Source: an uncultured delta proteobacterium (GTDB lineage: Bacteria > Desulfobacterota > Binatia > UBA9968). From it: a stretch of 64,000 bases of DNA. Both the position numbers and the translations under genes were made by a program. The notes under the pieces are model-generated. The model was given only the letters and a program-made list of their open reading frames with translations. It was not told where the DNA came from and did no database searches. This document shows positions 9,213 through 18,541 of this stretch, one piece after another. The first letter of the stretch is position 1; every line of letters begins with the position of its first letter. The stretch lies in NCBI GenBank assembly GCA_963771465.1, contig CAVYTU010000013.1, positions 64,001-128,000 on the forward strand. The letters run 5' to 3'.

Positions 9213-10397
9213 TCAATTCGCGCGCGATCTCAGCCAAGGATTGGCCTTGTCGTTGGTGTAGAACGATTGGTTTTCGCCGGCCATGTCGGTGAGCAGGTTC
9301 GGCGCAGGTAACGGTTTGTCTCCGAGCATTTGATTCGTCCTAGCCAAGTCTTGAAGTAACCCGGCTGCGCCAATGGCATCTATTTCCTTCAACGGCGGCT
9401 TGGGCATCTTGATGCCTTCGGTGGCGACATAGTCTACTGTGGCCGGCGTTTCGCCGAGCTCCGCGACGCGGGCGGCGGCGACGAGCATCGAGGTTCGAAG
9501 CGCGCGTTTTATGGTTTCGTCATCGAGGCTGCGGCTGTCAGCGTCCGCTTGCTCATAAATCTTCGCGTTGGGCTTTTGCTCGACGTAAAATTTTGGATTG
9601 TCTTTCGCCAAATTAGTGAGCAATGGCGACGAGCGTAAAAAAATGTCGCCGCGCAGCTCCGCCATGACGCGCGTGACGTCCTCGACGATGGACGGTTTCC
9701 AACTATCGAAACTGATGAATGGCGGCAGCAATTTTAGATCCTTGGCCTGCTGATCGACCTGCTCGATGCGAGCGCCGCATTCCAGCAAGCGCACGGCCAT
9801 GACCGCGTAGACCATCAAGATGCCATTGGAGACGAAGCCGGAAATGTCCTGGGTCGGAACGGGTTCGCGACCGAGAGTCTTCAGGAACTCCAAGATCGAT
9901 TCTCGGTTGGCCGCGTCCATATCGCCGGTGACGACTTCGACCATCTGCGTGTAGAGCACTGGATTGAAAAAGTGGGTGAGGGCGAACTTGTGGCTGTTGA
10001 CCATGCCAACGCTTAACAAGGTCGCGCGCGTCACGGATGACGTGTTGGTCGTGAGCAGACCTTTAAAGCCGGCTTCACGCAGGGTTTTGTAGACGGTGAG
10101 TTTTGTTCTGGCGTTTTCCGAAACCGCTTCGGTGATGTGATCGGTCTCCACCAGACCAGCGAGATCACTGGCCGGTATGAGGAGCGTGCGAAGATTGTCG
10201 ATCTCTTGGTCCGTGATGCGGTTACGCTTCTGCAAACGATCGATGGTTTGTTCGCGCCGATCGGTCAACGAATCCATGATTGATTGCGCCGCGTCATAAA
10301 CCAGCGTGCGAAAACCTTTCATCGCATAGAGAAAGGCGATGTCAAAGCCCATCACGCCGAGGCCGACGACGCCGACAGTACGAATTGGCTTGCTCAT
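9213..10397 (-). CDS. 3-hydroxyacyl-CoA dehydrogenase family protein
   Basis: VGVVGLGVMG, EAVSE, TNTSS, HFFNP, GFVSN motifs; start at MSKPIR. Confidence 0.88.
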   Translation of the reverse strand: MSKPIRTVGVVGLGVMGFDIAFLYAMKGFRTLVYDAAQSIMDSLTDRREQTIDRLQKRNRITDQEIDNLRTLLIPASDLAGLVETDHITEAVSENARTKLTVYKTLREAGFKGLLTTNTSSVTRATLLSVGMVNSHKFALTHFFNPVLYTQMVEVVTGDMDAANRESILEFLKTLGREPVPTQDISGFVSNGILMVYAVMAVRLLECGARIEQVDQQAKDLKLLPPFISFDSWKPSIVEDVTRVMAELRGDIFLRSSPLLTNLAKDNPKFYVEQKPNAKIYEQADADSRSLDDETIKRALRTSMLVAAARVAELGETPATVDYVATEGIKMPKPPLKEIDAIGAAGLLQDLARTNQMLGDKPLPAPNLLTDMAGENQSFYTNDKANPWLRSRAN

Positions 10398-10526
10398 CCG
10401 GTAATCTCTGCTGAAAAAATTGACTGGTCGGGAAATATCACACGCAGTCGGGCAACTCAATGAAGTGAATCGCATTGCCTTGACTTGGTATAAGGCGTTC
10501 TCTATTACTGCCAGCGTGCACGGAGG

Positions 10527-11549
10527 ATGGCTTTGATGAAGCGCTTCGAGGGATTTGGTTTAGCCGCGGTTATGTTGCTCGCACTGATGTTTTCGCACGT
10601 CAGTAACGCTCGCGCGGGACAAGCCGGGGAGTTGGAAAAACTAAACGTCTGCTACTCGTCGATTGCTGCGACTTCGATCACGACTTGGGTACCGCATGAG
10701 GCGGGCATTTTCAAAAAATACGGTCTCGACGTGAGCGTGATTTACGTCGCCGGGGCCCAGGCGATCACGACTTTGCTTTCTGGCGATGCGCATATCGTGC
10801 AAGGGTCGGGAGCCGCCGCCGCGTTGTCGCGTTTGTCGGGCTCGGATGCGATTACCATCGCGACGACGATCAATGTGATTCCCATGAGTTTGGTTACGAC
10901 GCCGGACATCGCGACGCCCCAAGATCTCAAAGGCAAAACATTCGGCGTCAGTCGCTTCGGCTCGCTTACCGATCTAGGTCTGCGCAAAGCCGCGGTCGAA
11001 TTCGGACTCGATCCGAACAAAGACATCAAGATGATTCAAACCGGCGGCGTGCCGGAGATTTTGCTTTTCATGCAGCAGGGCGTGATCAAAGGCGGACTCA
11101 TTTCGTCGCCGACTTTGGAAAAAGCCAAAGAGCTGGGCTACCGGGAGTTGATGAATTTGAGCGAAGTGAAGTTTCGTTACCCCGGGACGGCGTTGGTGAC
11201 GACCGATGCCTTCATTCGAAACCGGCCGCAGACGCTCAACCGCTTTCTCAAGGCGACCTTGGAAGGGATCAAATACGCCAAGGCGAATCCAGACTTCACC
11301 GTGCGTGTGCTCGGCAAGTACACACGCAACACCGACACCAAGCTGCTCATGAGCGCGTTCAAGAGTTATGTGCTCGGTTATATCCGCAACATCCCCACGG
11401 TCACCCTGCCTGAGATGGAAGCGGTAATTGAAGATATTGCCGAGCGCAATCCCAAAGCCAAAGGCGCCGACGCGCGCCGTTTCTACGACCCCGCGCCGCT
11501 GGAGCAGTTAGCGAAGGAAGGGTTTATCAAGGAGTTATACCCGCGTTAG
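10527..11549 (+). CDS. NMT1/THI5/SsuA-type substrate-binding protein
   Basis: GGAGG RBS, signal peptide, GIFKKYGLDV, DLKGKTFGVSRFGS. Confidence 0.9.
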   Translation: MALMKRFEGFGLAAVMLLALMFSHVSNARAGQAGELEKLNVCYSSIAATSITTWVPHEAGIFKKYGLDVSVIYVAGAQAITTLLSGDAHIVQGSGAAAALSRLSGSDAITIATTINVIPMSLVTTPDIATPQDLKGKTFGVSRFGSLTDLGLRKAAVEFGLDPNKDIKMIQTGGVPEILLFMQQGVIKGGLISSPTLEKAKELGYRELMNLSEVKFRYPGTALVTTDAFIRNRPQTLNRFLKATLEGIKYAKANPDFTVRVLGKYTRNTDTKLLMSAFKSYVLGYIRNIPTVTLPEMEAVIEDIAERNPKAKGADARRFYDPAPLEQLAKEGFIKELYPR

Positions 11550-11709
11550 ATTCGCAAGCCAGTTTAAGACATTCGCGTGGCTCACATCGTTCAAACCTGC
11601 CGAAAGCTTGACGGTTACCATTGGCCTGGCGTAAGTAGAGCAGAAATCGTTCTCGCAGGGCAACCCTCGGTGGTTGCCACTTTTATCCTGAGTGCTGAAA
11701 AGGATCACC

Positions 11710-12765
11710 ATGAAAGCCGCTGTGTTGTACGAAGTGCGCCAGCCTCTCAGAATCGAAGAACTGGAAATGCCGGACGTGCACGATGACGACGTATTGATCA
11801 AAGTCGTCTCGTGCGGCGTGTGTCATACCGACCTGAAAGTCATCGAAGGGCGCAATCGCTTTACGCCGCCGACCATCCTCGGCCACGAAGTCGCCGGCAC
11901 GGTGGAGCAGGTTGGCGCGCTGTGCAAAGATTTCAAAGCCGGCGACCGAGTGATCATCGGCATGCGCTACAAGTGCGGCCGCTGCCGCTACTGTCTGAGC
12001 GCGCACGAAAATCTCTGCGAGCGCCGGCCGGCGCCGCCGAATTTAAAAAAGAAAGACGGCACGGTAGTGACCCGCTGGAATGTCGGCGGCTTCGCGCAGT
12101 ACGTTGCCGTCCCGGCGTATATGGCGTTCAAAATCCCCGACGTCATTTCCATGGAAGAGGCGAGCGTGGTCGGCTGCCGGGTGACGACGGCCTACAACGC
12201 CGTCAAACATCGCGGCAAGCTGGAGCCCAACGAATCGGCGCTGGTGATCGGCTGCGGCGGCATCGGCCTCAACACGATTCAGTTCCTCAAATGCTTTGGC
12301 GCCTTTCCGATCATCGCCGTCGATATCGCTGAGGAAAAACTAGCCGCGGCGAAAAGTTTCGGCGCCACGCACACGATCAACGCGGCGAGTGAAGACCCGG
12401 TGAAGGCGGTAATCAAACTCACCGCAGGCGGTGTCGACAAATCCTTCGAAGCGATCGGCAACAGCAAAACTTCAGATCAAATCATCCAAGCGACACGACC
12501 GGGCGGCACGGCGACGATCATTGGCGGCCTGGGCAGCGGGCCGTTCACCATCAGCAGCGGCAACTTCGTCACCAAGGAAATCACCATCACCGGCGTGTCC
12601 AGCAGGCAGGCCAACGACGTCGACGAAGTGTTTCAAATGGCGCAGCAAGGCCGGATCGAATTGAAGCAACTCATCACCAGGAGTTACCCCTACGAGCAGA
12701 TCAACGAAGCCTTGGAAGATTTGGAGCATGGCAAGCTCAGGATGGGGATTTCGATTTGGAACTGA
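11710..12765 (+). CDS. Zinc-dependent alcohol dehydrogenase
   Basis: MKAAVL, CGVCHTD, GHE, CGRCRYC...C, GCGGIG motifs. Confidence 0.93.
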   Translation: MKAAVLYEVRQPLRIEELEMPDVHDDDVLIKVVSCGVCHTDLKVIEGRNRFTPPTILGHEVAGTVEQVGALCKDFKAGDRVIIGMRYKCGRCRYCLSAHENLCERRPAPPNLKKKDGTVVTRWNVGGFAQYVAVPAYMAFKIPDVISMEEASVVGCRVTTAYNAVKHRGKLEPNESALVIGCGGIGLNTIQFLKCFGAFPIIAVDIAEEKLAAAKSFGATHTINAASEDPVKAVIKLTAGGVDKSFEAIGNSKTSDQIIQATRPGGTATIIGGLGSGPFTISSGNFVTKEITITGVSSRQANDVDEVFQMAQQGRIELKQLITRSYPYEQINEALEDLEHGKLRMGISIWN

Positions 12766-12780
12766 AGAAGAATTAAGCTC

Positions 12781-12810
12781 GTTCCAAACGTTCAAGCCGT
12801 TCAAATCGTT
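12781..12810. repeat. 9-mer tandem repeat
   Basis: gttccaaac gttcaagcc gttcaaatc gtt. Confidence 0.65.
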
Positions 12811-12832
12811 TTCGGATGTTTCGGAGTAGGAG

Positions 12833-12961
12833 ATGAATTTAAAAAGATCGTTGGCGTTGGTTGTATTCGTCGTCGGCGCGGCGGCGCCCATCGGCCTCAA
12901 CCGCAACGCCACCAACTACGGCGCGCTGCTCTACTTATCGATTGAGCATAATCTCTTTTGA
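12833..12961 (+). pseudogene. 42-codon ORF, probable 5' remnant of a substrate-binding protein gene
   Basis: AGGAG RBS, then MNLKRSLALVVFVVGAAAPIGLNRNATNYGALLYLSIEHNLF*: a signal-peptide-like start and a segment resembling SBP N-termini. Confidence 0.5.
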
Positions 12962-12997
12962 GCCGAATCGGGCCTGAGAAATTACCGGAGGTGAAGC

Positions 12998-14089
12998 ATG
13001 CAAGGAGTTATCGACGCTGACACGCATATCTCGGAGGGCGCGTCGATGTGGGCGTTGATGGATCAGGCGATGCAGCCGCGCCGGCCGATCATGCTATCGG
13101 TGCCGGAAGATACCTGGTACGGCAATCGCAATGCCTTCTGGCTGATCGACGGCGAGATTTACCCCAAGCCCGCCGGCAAGGGCAGCTTTGCGCTGGTCAC
13201 ACCCTCGGCGCAGAAAGTCCAAGCCGGACGTAAAGACTCGACGCCAGCGACGCGCGAGATGACCGACATTGAGGCGCGCGTCGCTGACATGGACAAGCTC
13301 AGTACGGCGATGCAGGTTGTCTATCCCACGCTTTTTCTGGTTTACAACACCAAAGATCGAGATTTAGAAGTTGCGTTGTGCCGCGCCTACAACCGCTTTC
13401 TCGCCCAGGCCTGCGGCCAGGCGCCGGAGCGGATAAAATGGGTGGCGGTGTTGCCATTTCAGTCGATGAGCGTTGCCCTCGATGAAATTCGCTTTGCCAA
13501 ACAGAACGGCGCGGTGGGCATCTTTTTTCGCGGCATCGAAGGCGAATACACACTCGACCATCCGTATCTTTTCCCAGTGTACGAGGAAGCGCAGAAGCAT
13601 AACCTGTCGATCTGCGTGCACACCGGCTGTGGTGTGAAGCAGATACTGGATATGTTCGACCTGGCGCGCAACCACACCTTCGGCCATACGCGGGTGATGC
13701 CGCTGCTGGCGTTTCGCGATCTGGTGGCTAATAGGATTCCCGAACAGTTTCCAAACCTGCGCTTCGGCTTCATCGAAGCGGCGGCCGGCTGGGCGCCGTT
13801 TTTGATCCACATCATTCGCCGCTTGCTCAAAGAACGGTTCAAGTACGGCTCCAGCGCCGAGCTGTTTCGCGAGTACCGATTGTTCATCGCCTGCGAAGCC
13901 GATGAGGATATTTCTTATATCGCCAAGTACACCGGCGAGGAGCACCTGCTGATTGGCTCGGACTATCCCCACAGCGATCCGTCGCGGGAAGATCAGTTCG
14001 TCAACGCCATCAACGTGCGCGAAGATATTTCGGCGGCGCTGAAGCAAAAGCTGCTTTACGACAATCCGCGCACGTTTTATGCGTTGTAG
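12998..14089 (+). CDS. Amidohydrolase_2 family protein (decarboxylase/hydratase-like)
   Basis: GGAGG RBS; IDADTH, VVYPT, CVHTG, FIEAAAGW, GSDYPH.D. Confidence 0.92.
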   Translation: MQGVIDADTHISEGASMWALMDQAMQPRRPIMLSVPEDTWYGNRNAFWLIDGEIYPKPAGKGSFALVTPSAQKVQAGRKDSTPATREMTDIEARVADMDKLSTAMQVVYPTLFLVYNTKDRDLEVALCRAYNRFLAQACGQAPERIKWVAVLPFQSMSVALDEIRFAKQNGAVGIFFRGIEGEYTLDHPYLFPVYEEAQKHNLSICVHTGCGVKQILDMFDLARNHTFGHTRVMPLLAFRDLVANRIPEQFPNLRFGFIEAAAGWAPFLIHIIRRLLKERFKYGSSAELFREYRLFIACEADEDISYIAKYTGEEHLLIGSDYPHSDPSREDQFVNAINVREDISAALKQKLLYDNPRTFYAL

Positions 14090-14093
14090 CCTT

Positions 14094-14610
14094 ATGAGAC
14101 TTAAGACGGTGTTCGTTGCAGTTTTAATTGCGATAAATTGCTCGTTCGTATCGCTCGCGGCGGGGCAGGAAGTTTTCATCGGCAATCCGGGCAAGAGTCT
14201 CAACTTCTTTCACTTCGACTTGGCCATCGAGCGCGGCTTTCTTCCGCGAGCTCGGTCTCGATGTCAAACTATTGCATACGAAATGCGATGTCGCGGTGAC
14301 GGCGTTGCTGACCGGCGATCTCCAGGCGACGGGCTGCGTTGGCACGGCGTCGCGCGTGATCGCCAGCCAAAACGTGCCGGTGCGCACGGTGATCTGGCTG
14401 TTCAAGAAACCGACTTTCTACGTGGTCGCCAGACCCGAAATCAAAAGCGCGGCCGATTTGAGAGGCAAGACGGTCGGTATCAGCTCTTTCGGCCGAGTTA
14501 TGATTGAAACGCTCGGCACGGCGGTGGGCAAAAACGTCGACTTCCCGCCCGAGCGATTGGTCGATTACACGCTCCTACGGGAAGCGCAAAAAGAGTTGGG
14601 CGTTCAGTAA
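14094..14610 (+). pseudogene. NMT1-type SBP pseudogene (frameshift plus large internal deletion)
   Basis: MRLKTVF...AIERGF, then an extra T near 14238-14240. The other frame continues FRELGLDVKLL...DLRGKTVGISSFG and jumps directly to the C-terminal ...LVDYTLLREAQKELGVQ*. About 170 aa versus 315-340 aa for intact paralogues. Confidence 0.85.
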
Positions 14611-14620
14611 GGAAGCCGTT

Positions 14621-15565
14621 ATGAAAAAAACCTGGGCGATCATTTTTGTTTTGACATGGACGCTTGGGGTGGCGACATCGGCGTTGAGCGCCGACGCGCC
14701 GTCCAAGGTACGCATCGCTTACGCGAGCCGGAGCAGCTCGGCGTTGCCGCAGTACATGGCGTTGCAAAAAGATTTCTTCAAAGCCGAAGGGCTCGACGTT
14801 GAAATCATTCAGATGAATCCCCGGCTCGGCGCCACCGCGGTGGTCAACGGCGACGTCTCCTTTGCTACGCCGTTTACCAGCACGTTTCGCGGTGTGCTTC
14901 AGGGATTCCCGATGAAGCTCGTCTTCGTTCATATCAAAAAAGGTCCCTACTACGTCATGGTGCGGCCAGAGATCAAGGACGTGCAGCAACTCAAAGGCAA
15001 AAAGATCGGCGTGGCGACGATCAAAGGCACGGATCAATTGGTCGCCGAAGAAATGCTGCAAGCCAAGGGTTTTAACACGAGCCTGCTGCAGGCTGTTGCT
15101 ATCGGCGACGGCCCGGTGCGGATGCAGGCGCTGATCAGCGGCGCCGTCGAGGCGGTTTGTTTGGCGCCGCCGCACGATCTGATGCTGCGCAAACTGGGTT
15201 ATAACGCACTCGTCGGCCCACCGGAAGTAGGATTGCCGTCCGCCGGCATGCTCACTTCGGATCGTCTCATCAAGGAGAACCCACAGATCGTTCGACGCAC
15301 CCTCAAAGCTTTGTTGCGGTCGCATTACCATATTGTCGAGAACCGGCAAGACTCGATCCAGACTCTGATCAAATGGCTGCCGCAGCCGCTCGATGTTGCC
15401 GAACACTCCTATGACGCCGAGCTGAAGAATTTGAACCGCGACGGACTTTTGACGGATGCGGAAATCGAAGCGATCATCGAACGAGTCGGCGACAAAAAAC
15501 GTCCGTTGGATGAGGTGAGAGATTTTTCCTTCGCGCGCGCCGCGCTGAAGGAACTGGGCCGGTGA
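14621..15565 (+). CDS. NMT1/THI5/SsuA-type substrate-binding protein
   Basis: Signal peptide MKKTWAIIF, FFKAEGLDVE, LKGKKIGV; close paralogue of 16916-17872. Confidence 0.9.
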   Translation: MKKTWAIIFVLTWTLGVATSALSADAPSKVRIAYASRSSSALPQYMALQKDFFKAEGLDVEIIQMNPRLGATAVVNGDVSFATPFTSTFRGVLQGFPMKLVFVHIKKGPYYVMVRPEIKDVQQLKGKKIGVATIKGTDQLVAEEMLQAKGFNTSLLQAVAIGDGPVRMQALISGAVEAVCLAPPHDLMLRKLGYNALVGPPEVGLPSAGMLTSDRLIKENPQIVRRTLKALLRSHYHIVENRQDSIQTLIKWLPQPLDVAEHSYDAELKNLNRDGLLTDAEIEAIIERVGDKKRPLDEVRDFSFARAALKELGR

Positions 15566-15583
15566 TGATTGAATAATCGGCGA

Positions 15584-15647
15584 TGGAATACTGGAGTATT
15601 GAGCCGGAATTCCAAAATCTCATCATTCCACTATTCCGACACTTCCA
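15584..15647. repeat. Inverted pair of degenerate 8-mer tandem repeats
   Basis: tggaatac tggagtat tg ... catcattcca ctattccg acacttcca, between convergent genes. Confidence 0.55.
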
Positions 15648-15743
15648 GTTCCTATCCCTCAAAGGTTTTCTTTCGTCTCGAAGCGCTCGCCTAATTCCGA
15701 CACGCAGTGGCAGCGACGAAACATTCGTCAGGCTACGCACCAA

Positions 15744-16730
15744 TTATTTGTACAGTTCTTTGATGAAACCGGACTTTTCCAGCTCCGCGACAAACGAGTT
15801 GTCGATGAACTGTTCCGGCTTAGCGGTTTTGCCGCCGGGATTGACCGAATAGTTGAGCAACGTCTGCATGGCTGCGGTGGAAACGTACGGCGCCTGCTCC
15901 CAGAATTTCACATAGGTGTTGTAAGTTTCGTCGAGGTCTTCCTTGTTATCGGTCTTGGTGTATTTGGCAATGATCTGTTTGGTCGCCTCCGGATCGGTGC
16001 GGGCGATTTTGGTCCCTTCGATATAGCCCTGAACGTAGCGCCGTACCTTGTCGGGATTGGCCGCGATGAAATCGCGCGTGGTCGCCAATCCGGCGTGGAT
16101 CATCGGGATATTGCGAGCGCCCACATCGATCAGCTCCTTTAGCCCGGCTTGGCGCAGCTTCAACGTCGACGGTGCGGAAACCACCGCAGCGTCGATGCGT
16201 CCCGCGCTGAGCGCGGTGATGATATCAGGCATGCCCTGCAAGTGAGTGACCTGCACGTCTTTGCCCGGCACCATGCCGGCCTGTTGAAACAGCATCTTGG
16301 CGGTGAGGTCGGTGGTCGAACCCGGCAAAGTTACGCCGAAAATCTTGCCGCGCAGCTCGCTTAACTGTTTAAATTCAGGCTTGCTGTACACGGAGAGCAC
16401 GGCGCGATTCAAAATGCCGATGATAAAGGCGATGCGCGCACCGCCAAGACCGGCTTCGATGATTTCCGTTGCCGGGTTGACGATGTCCATGCTTCCCGAA
16501 AGAAGCGCTTGGGTGCCGGTGGCGGACAGCAAATATTTCATGTCAACTGCCAAGCCATATTTCGCGAACAGACCTTTGTCCGACGCCAGCCAAAGCGGCG
16601 CGAATGCGCCGCCGATGGATGCGTAGGTCGCGCGCAGTGGAATCAACTCGGCGCTCCAAGCGGCGTTACTCGATAGGGCGCCAATCGTAAAGACGGTCAA
16701 AATTAGCTGCTTGAATCGGCTAAATCGCAT
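15744..16730 (-). CDS. NMT1/THI5/SsuA-type substrate-binding protein
   Basis: Signal peptide, GLFAKYGLAV, ELRGKIFGVT.PGS, ELEKSGFIKELY. Confidence 0.9.
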   Translation of the reverse strand: MRFSRFKQLILTVFTIGALSSNAAWSAELIPLRATYASIGGAFAPLWLASDKGLFAKYGLAVDMKYLLSATGTQALLSGSMDIVNPATEIIEAGLGGARIAFIIGILNRAVLSVYSKPEFKQLSELRGKIFGVTLPGSTTDLTAKMLFQQAGMVPGKDVQVTHLQGMPDIITALSAGRIDAAVVSAPSTLKLRQAGLKELIDVGARNIPMIHAGLATTRDFIAANPDKVRRYVQGYIEGTKIARTDPEATKQIIAKYTKTDNKEDLDETYNTYVKFWEQAPYVSTAAMQTLLNYSVNPGGKTAKPEQFIDNSFVAELEKSGFIKELYK

Positions 16731-16915
16731 CGGCGTCCACCCTCGTTAAAAGTCTGTGATCTTATAGTAAAAATTAGCTCATCCCGCTAGTGCCGATGAT
16801 CCCGACGGCGAATGGGACGTTACCACCGCGGCGTGCGACTATGTTAGGAATAGCTGGCCGCTGGAGAGGCGATGGCTGGTGAAGCAGACTTAGGCCGACG
16901 ACGGAGGACAATCGA

Positions 16916-17872
16916 ATGAAAGGCCAAACCGTTTTCACCGTTGTGCTGGCGCTGATCTGGGCCGCGCCGATCGACGTTACGGTTACCGCGGCTGACGCGC
17001 CGCTGCAGGTGCGCTTTGCCTACGCGAGCCGAAGCAATATTGTCACGCCCAAACACGTGGCGCAGTCGAAAGGATTCTTTAAAGCCGAAGGCTTGGAAGT
17101 CGAAATGATTCAAATGAATCCTCGACTCAGCGCCACCGCGATTATCAACGGCGACGTGACTTACGCCGATGCATTCACCAGCACCTTTCGCGGCATCATG
17201 CAGGGCTTTCCAATCAAACTAGTCTTTGTGCATCAGAAGAAAGGGCCATATTTTTTGATCGCCCGTCCGGAAATCAAGGACGTCCAACAGCTTAAGGGCA
17301 AGAAACTCGGAGTCGCGACGATCCGCGGCTCTGATCATCTGGTCGCCGATGAATTGATGTTGTCGAAAGGTTTCAATCCGGCTGGAGTCCAGCCCATCGG
17401 TGTCGGCGACGCGTCGATGCGCTATCAGGCGATGATCGGCGGCGCCATCGATGTCGTGGCGGTGGCGACGCCGCAAGATTTGATGTTGCGGCAAAAGGGT
17501 TTCACGGTATTAGCGGGCCCGCCGGAAGTCGGCGTGCCGGGCTCGGGCGTGTTCACTTCCGAGAAGTTTCTCCGCGAGAATCCGCTGGCGGTCAAAAAAA
17601 CACTTGGAGCTTTATTCCGCTCGCATAACTTCATTCTCGATAATAAGGCGGAGACGATTCAGGCGATGATGAGATGGCTGCCGCAGTCGCTGGAAGTGGC
17701 GACTCATTCCTACGACATCGAGATGAAGGTGCTGACCCGTGACGGATTGATGACCGACAACGAGATCGACACGCTGATCGCCAAGCTCGGCGAGAAAAAG
17801 CGTCCGATGGACGAAGTACGCGACTTCACCTTGGCACGCCAAGCGTTGAAGGAATTGGAGAGCGGGAAATAA
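16916..17872 (+). CDS. NMT1/THI5/SsuA-type substrate-binding protein
   Basis: GGAGG RBS, signal peptide, GFFKAEGLEVE; paralogue of 14621-15565. Confidence 0.9.
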   Translation: MKGQTVFTVVLALIWAAPIDVTVTAADAPLQVRFAYASRSNIVTPKHVAQSKGFFKAEGLEVEMIQMNPRLSATAIINGDVTYADAFTSTFRGIMQGFPIKLVFVHQKKGPYFLIARPEIKDVQQLKGKKLGVATIRGSDHLVADELMLSKGFNPAGVQPIGVGDASMRYQAMIGGAIDVVAVATPQDLMLRQKGFTVLAGPPEVGVPGSGVFTSEKFLRENPLAVKKTLGALFRSHNFILDNKAETIQAMMRWLPQSLEVATHSYDIEMKVLTRDGLMTDNEIDTLIAKLGEKKRPMDEVRDFTLARQALKELESGK

Positions 17873-17875
17873 ATG

Positions 17876-17903
17876 GTAAGGGGCGGTTGCGATCGCCCCT
17901 TAC
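17876..17903. terminator. Perfect 10-bp hairpin between convergent genes (terminator or GTAG-like REP)
   Basis: GTAAGGGGCG-gttgcgat-CGCCCCTTAC immediately after the stop at 17872. Confidence 0.6.
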
Positions 17904-17930
17904 ACATTTCGATTCCGAAAATCTCGACGA

Positions 17931-18338
17931 CTATTGGCGTGCGCCGAACGTGTTCTGCTGAACCATCCAATCTTTTTGCGGCGAGAGATCAACGCGTTTG
18001 TTGTCGACCATTTGGTCTTTGGCCGTGACGCGGAGAATCTCGAGGGGATCTTTTGAGCCGCTTTCGAACCAGTACTTGAAGCCGCGTGGGATCAAGATTC
18101 CTTCGCCTTTCTGATACTCGCCGATCAGCTTATCGCCTTCGCCATAAAACTTGACCGCGCCGCTGACGACGTACCAGAAGGCGTCGTCGCCGGTATGGGT
18201 GTGGAGATTGTTCTCGCCGCCGTCTTTGACGATCTGCATCTGGACCTTCATGAGATCGCTGCTGCAAACCGTCAGGGTTTTCTTAACGCCCTCGAACTCG
18301 GGCGTTTGGAATCTGAATTCTTTTGCATCCTGTGCCAT
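17931..18338 (-). CDS. Cupin domain protein
   Basis: GGENNLHTH.G.D.FWYV.SG and GEGILIPRG cupin motifs; GAGGTGA RBS. Confidence 0.88.
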   Translation of the reverse strand: MAQDAKEFRFQTPEFEGVKKTLTVCSSDLMKVQMQIVKDGGENNLHTHTGDDAFWYVVSGAVKFYGEGDKLIGEYQKGEGILIPRGFKYWFESGSKDPLEILRVTAKDQMVDNKRVDLSPQKDWMVQQNTFGARQ

Positions 18339-18541
18339 GAGTCACCTCGCTCTGAAGAATTGTGCCAGCTTAGTCCCGATTGTGTCTGACGGTCAAGAGC
18401 GCGCCGCGAGTCAGGTAAATTTCGCGCCGAGGCGTTGACGCTTCGCTGGGTCCTATATTACTTATGCCGACAACCACAAGAGCGGCTTGGTCGAGCAACT
18501 GCAAGGCAAGTGAGGATGGAGTCGGAGAATGGAGCGGTAAA

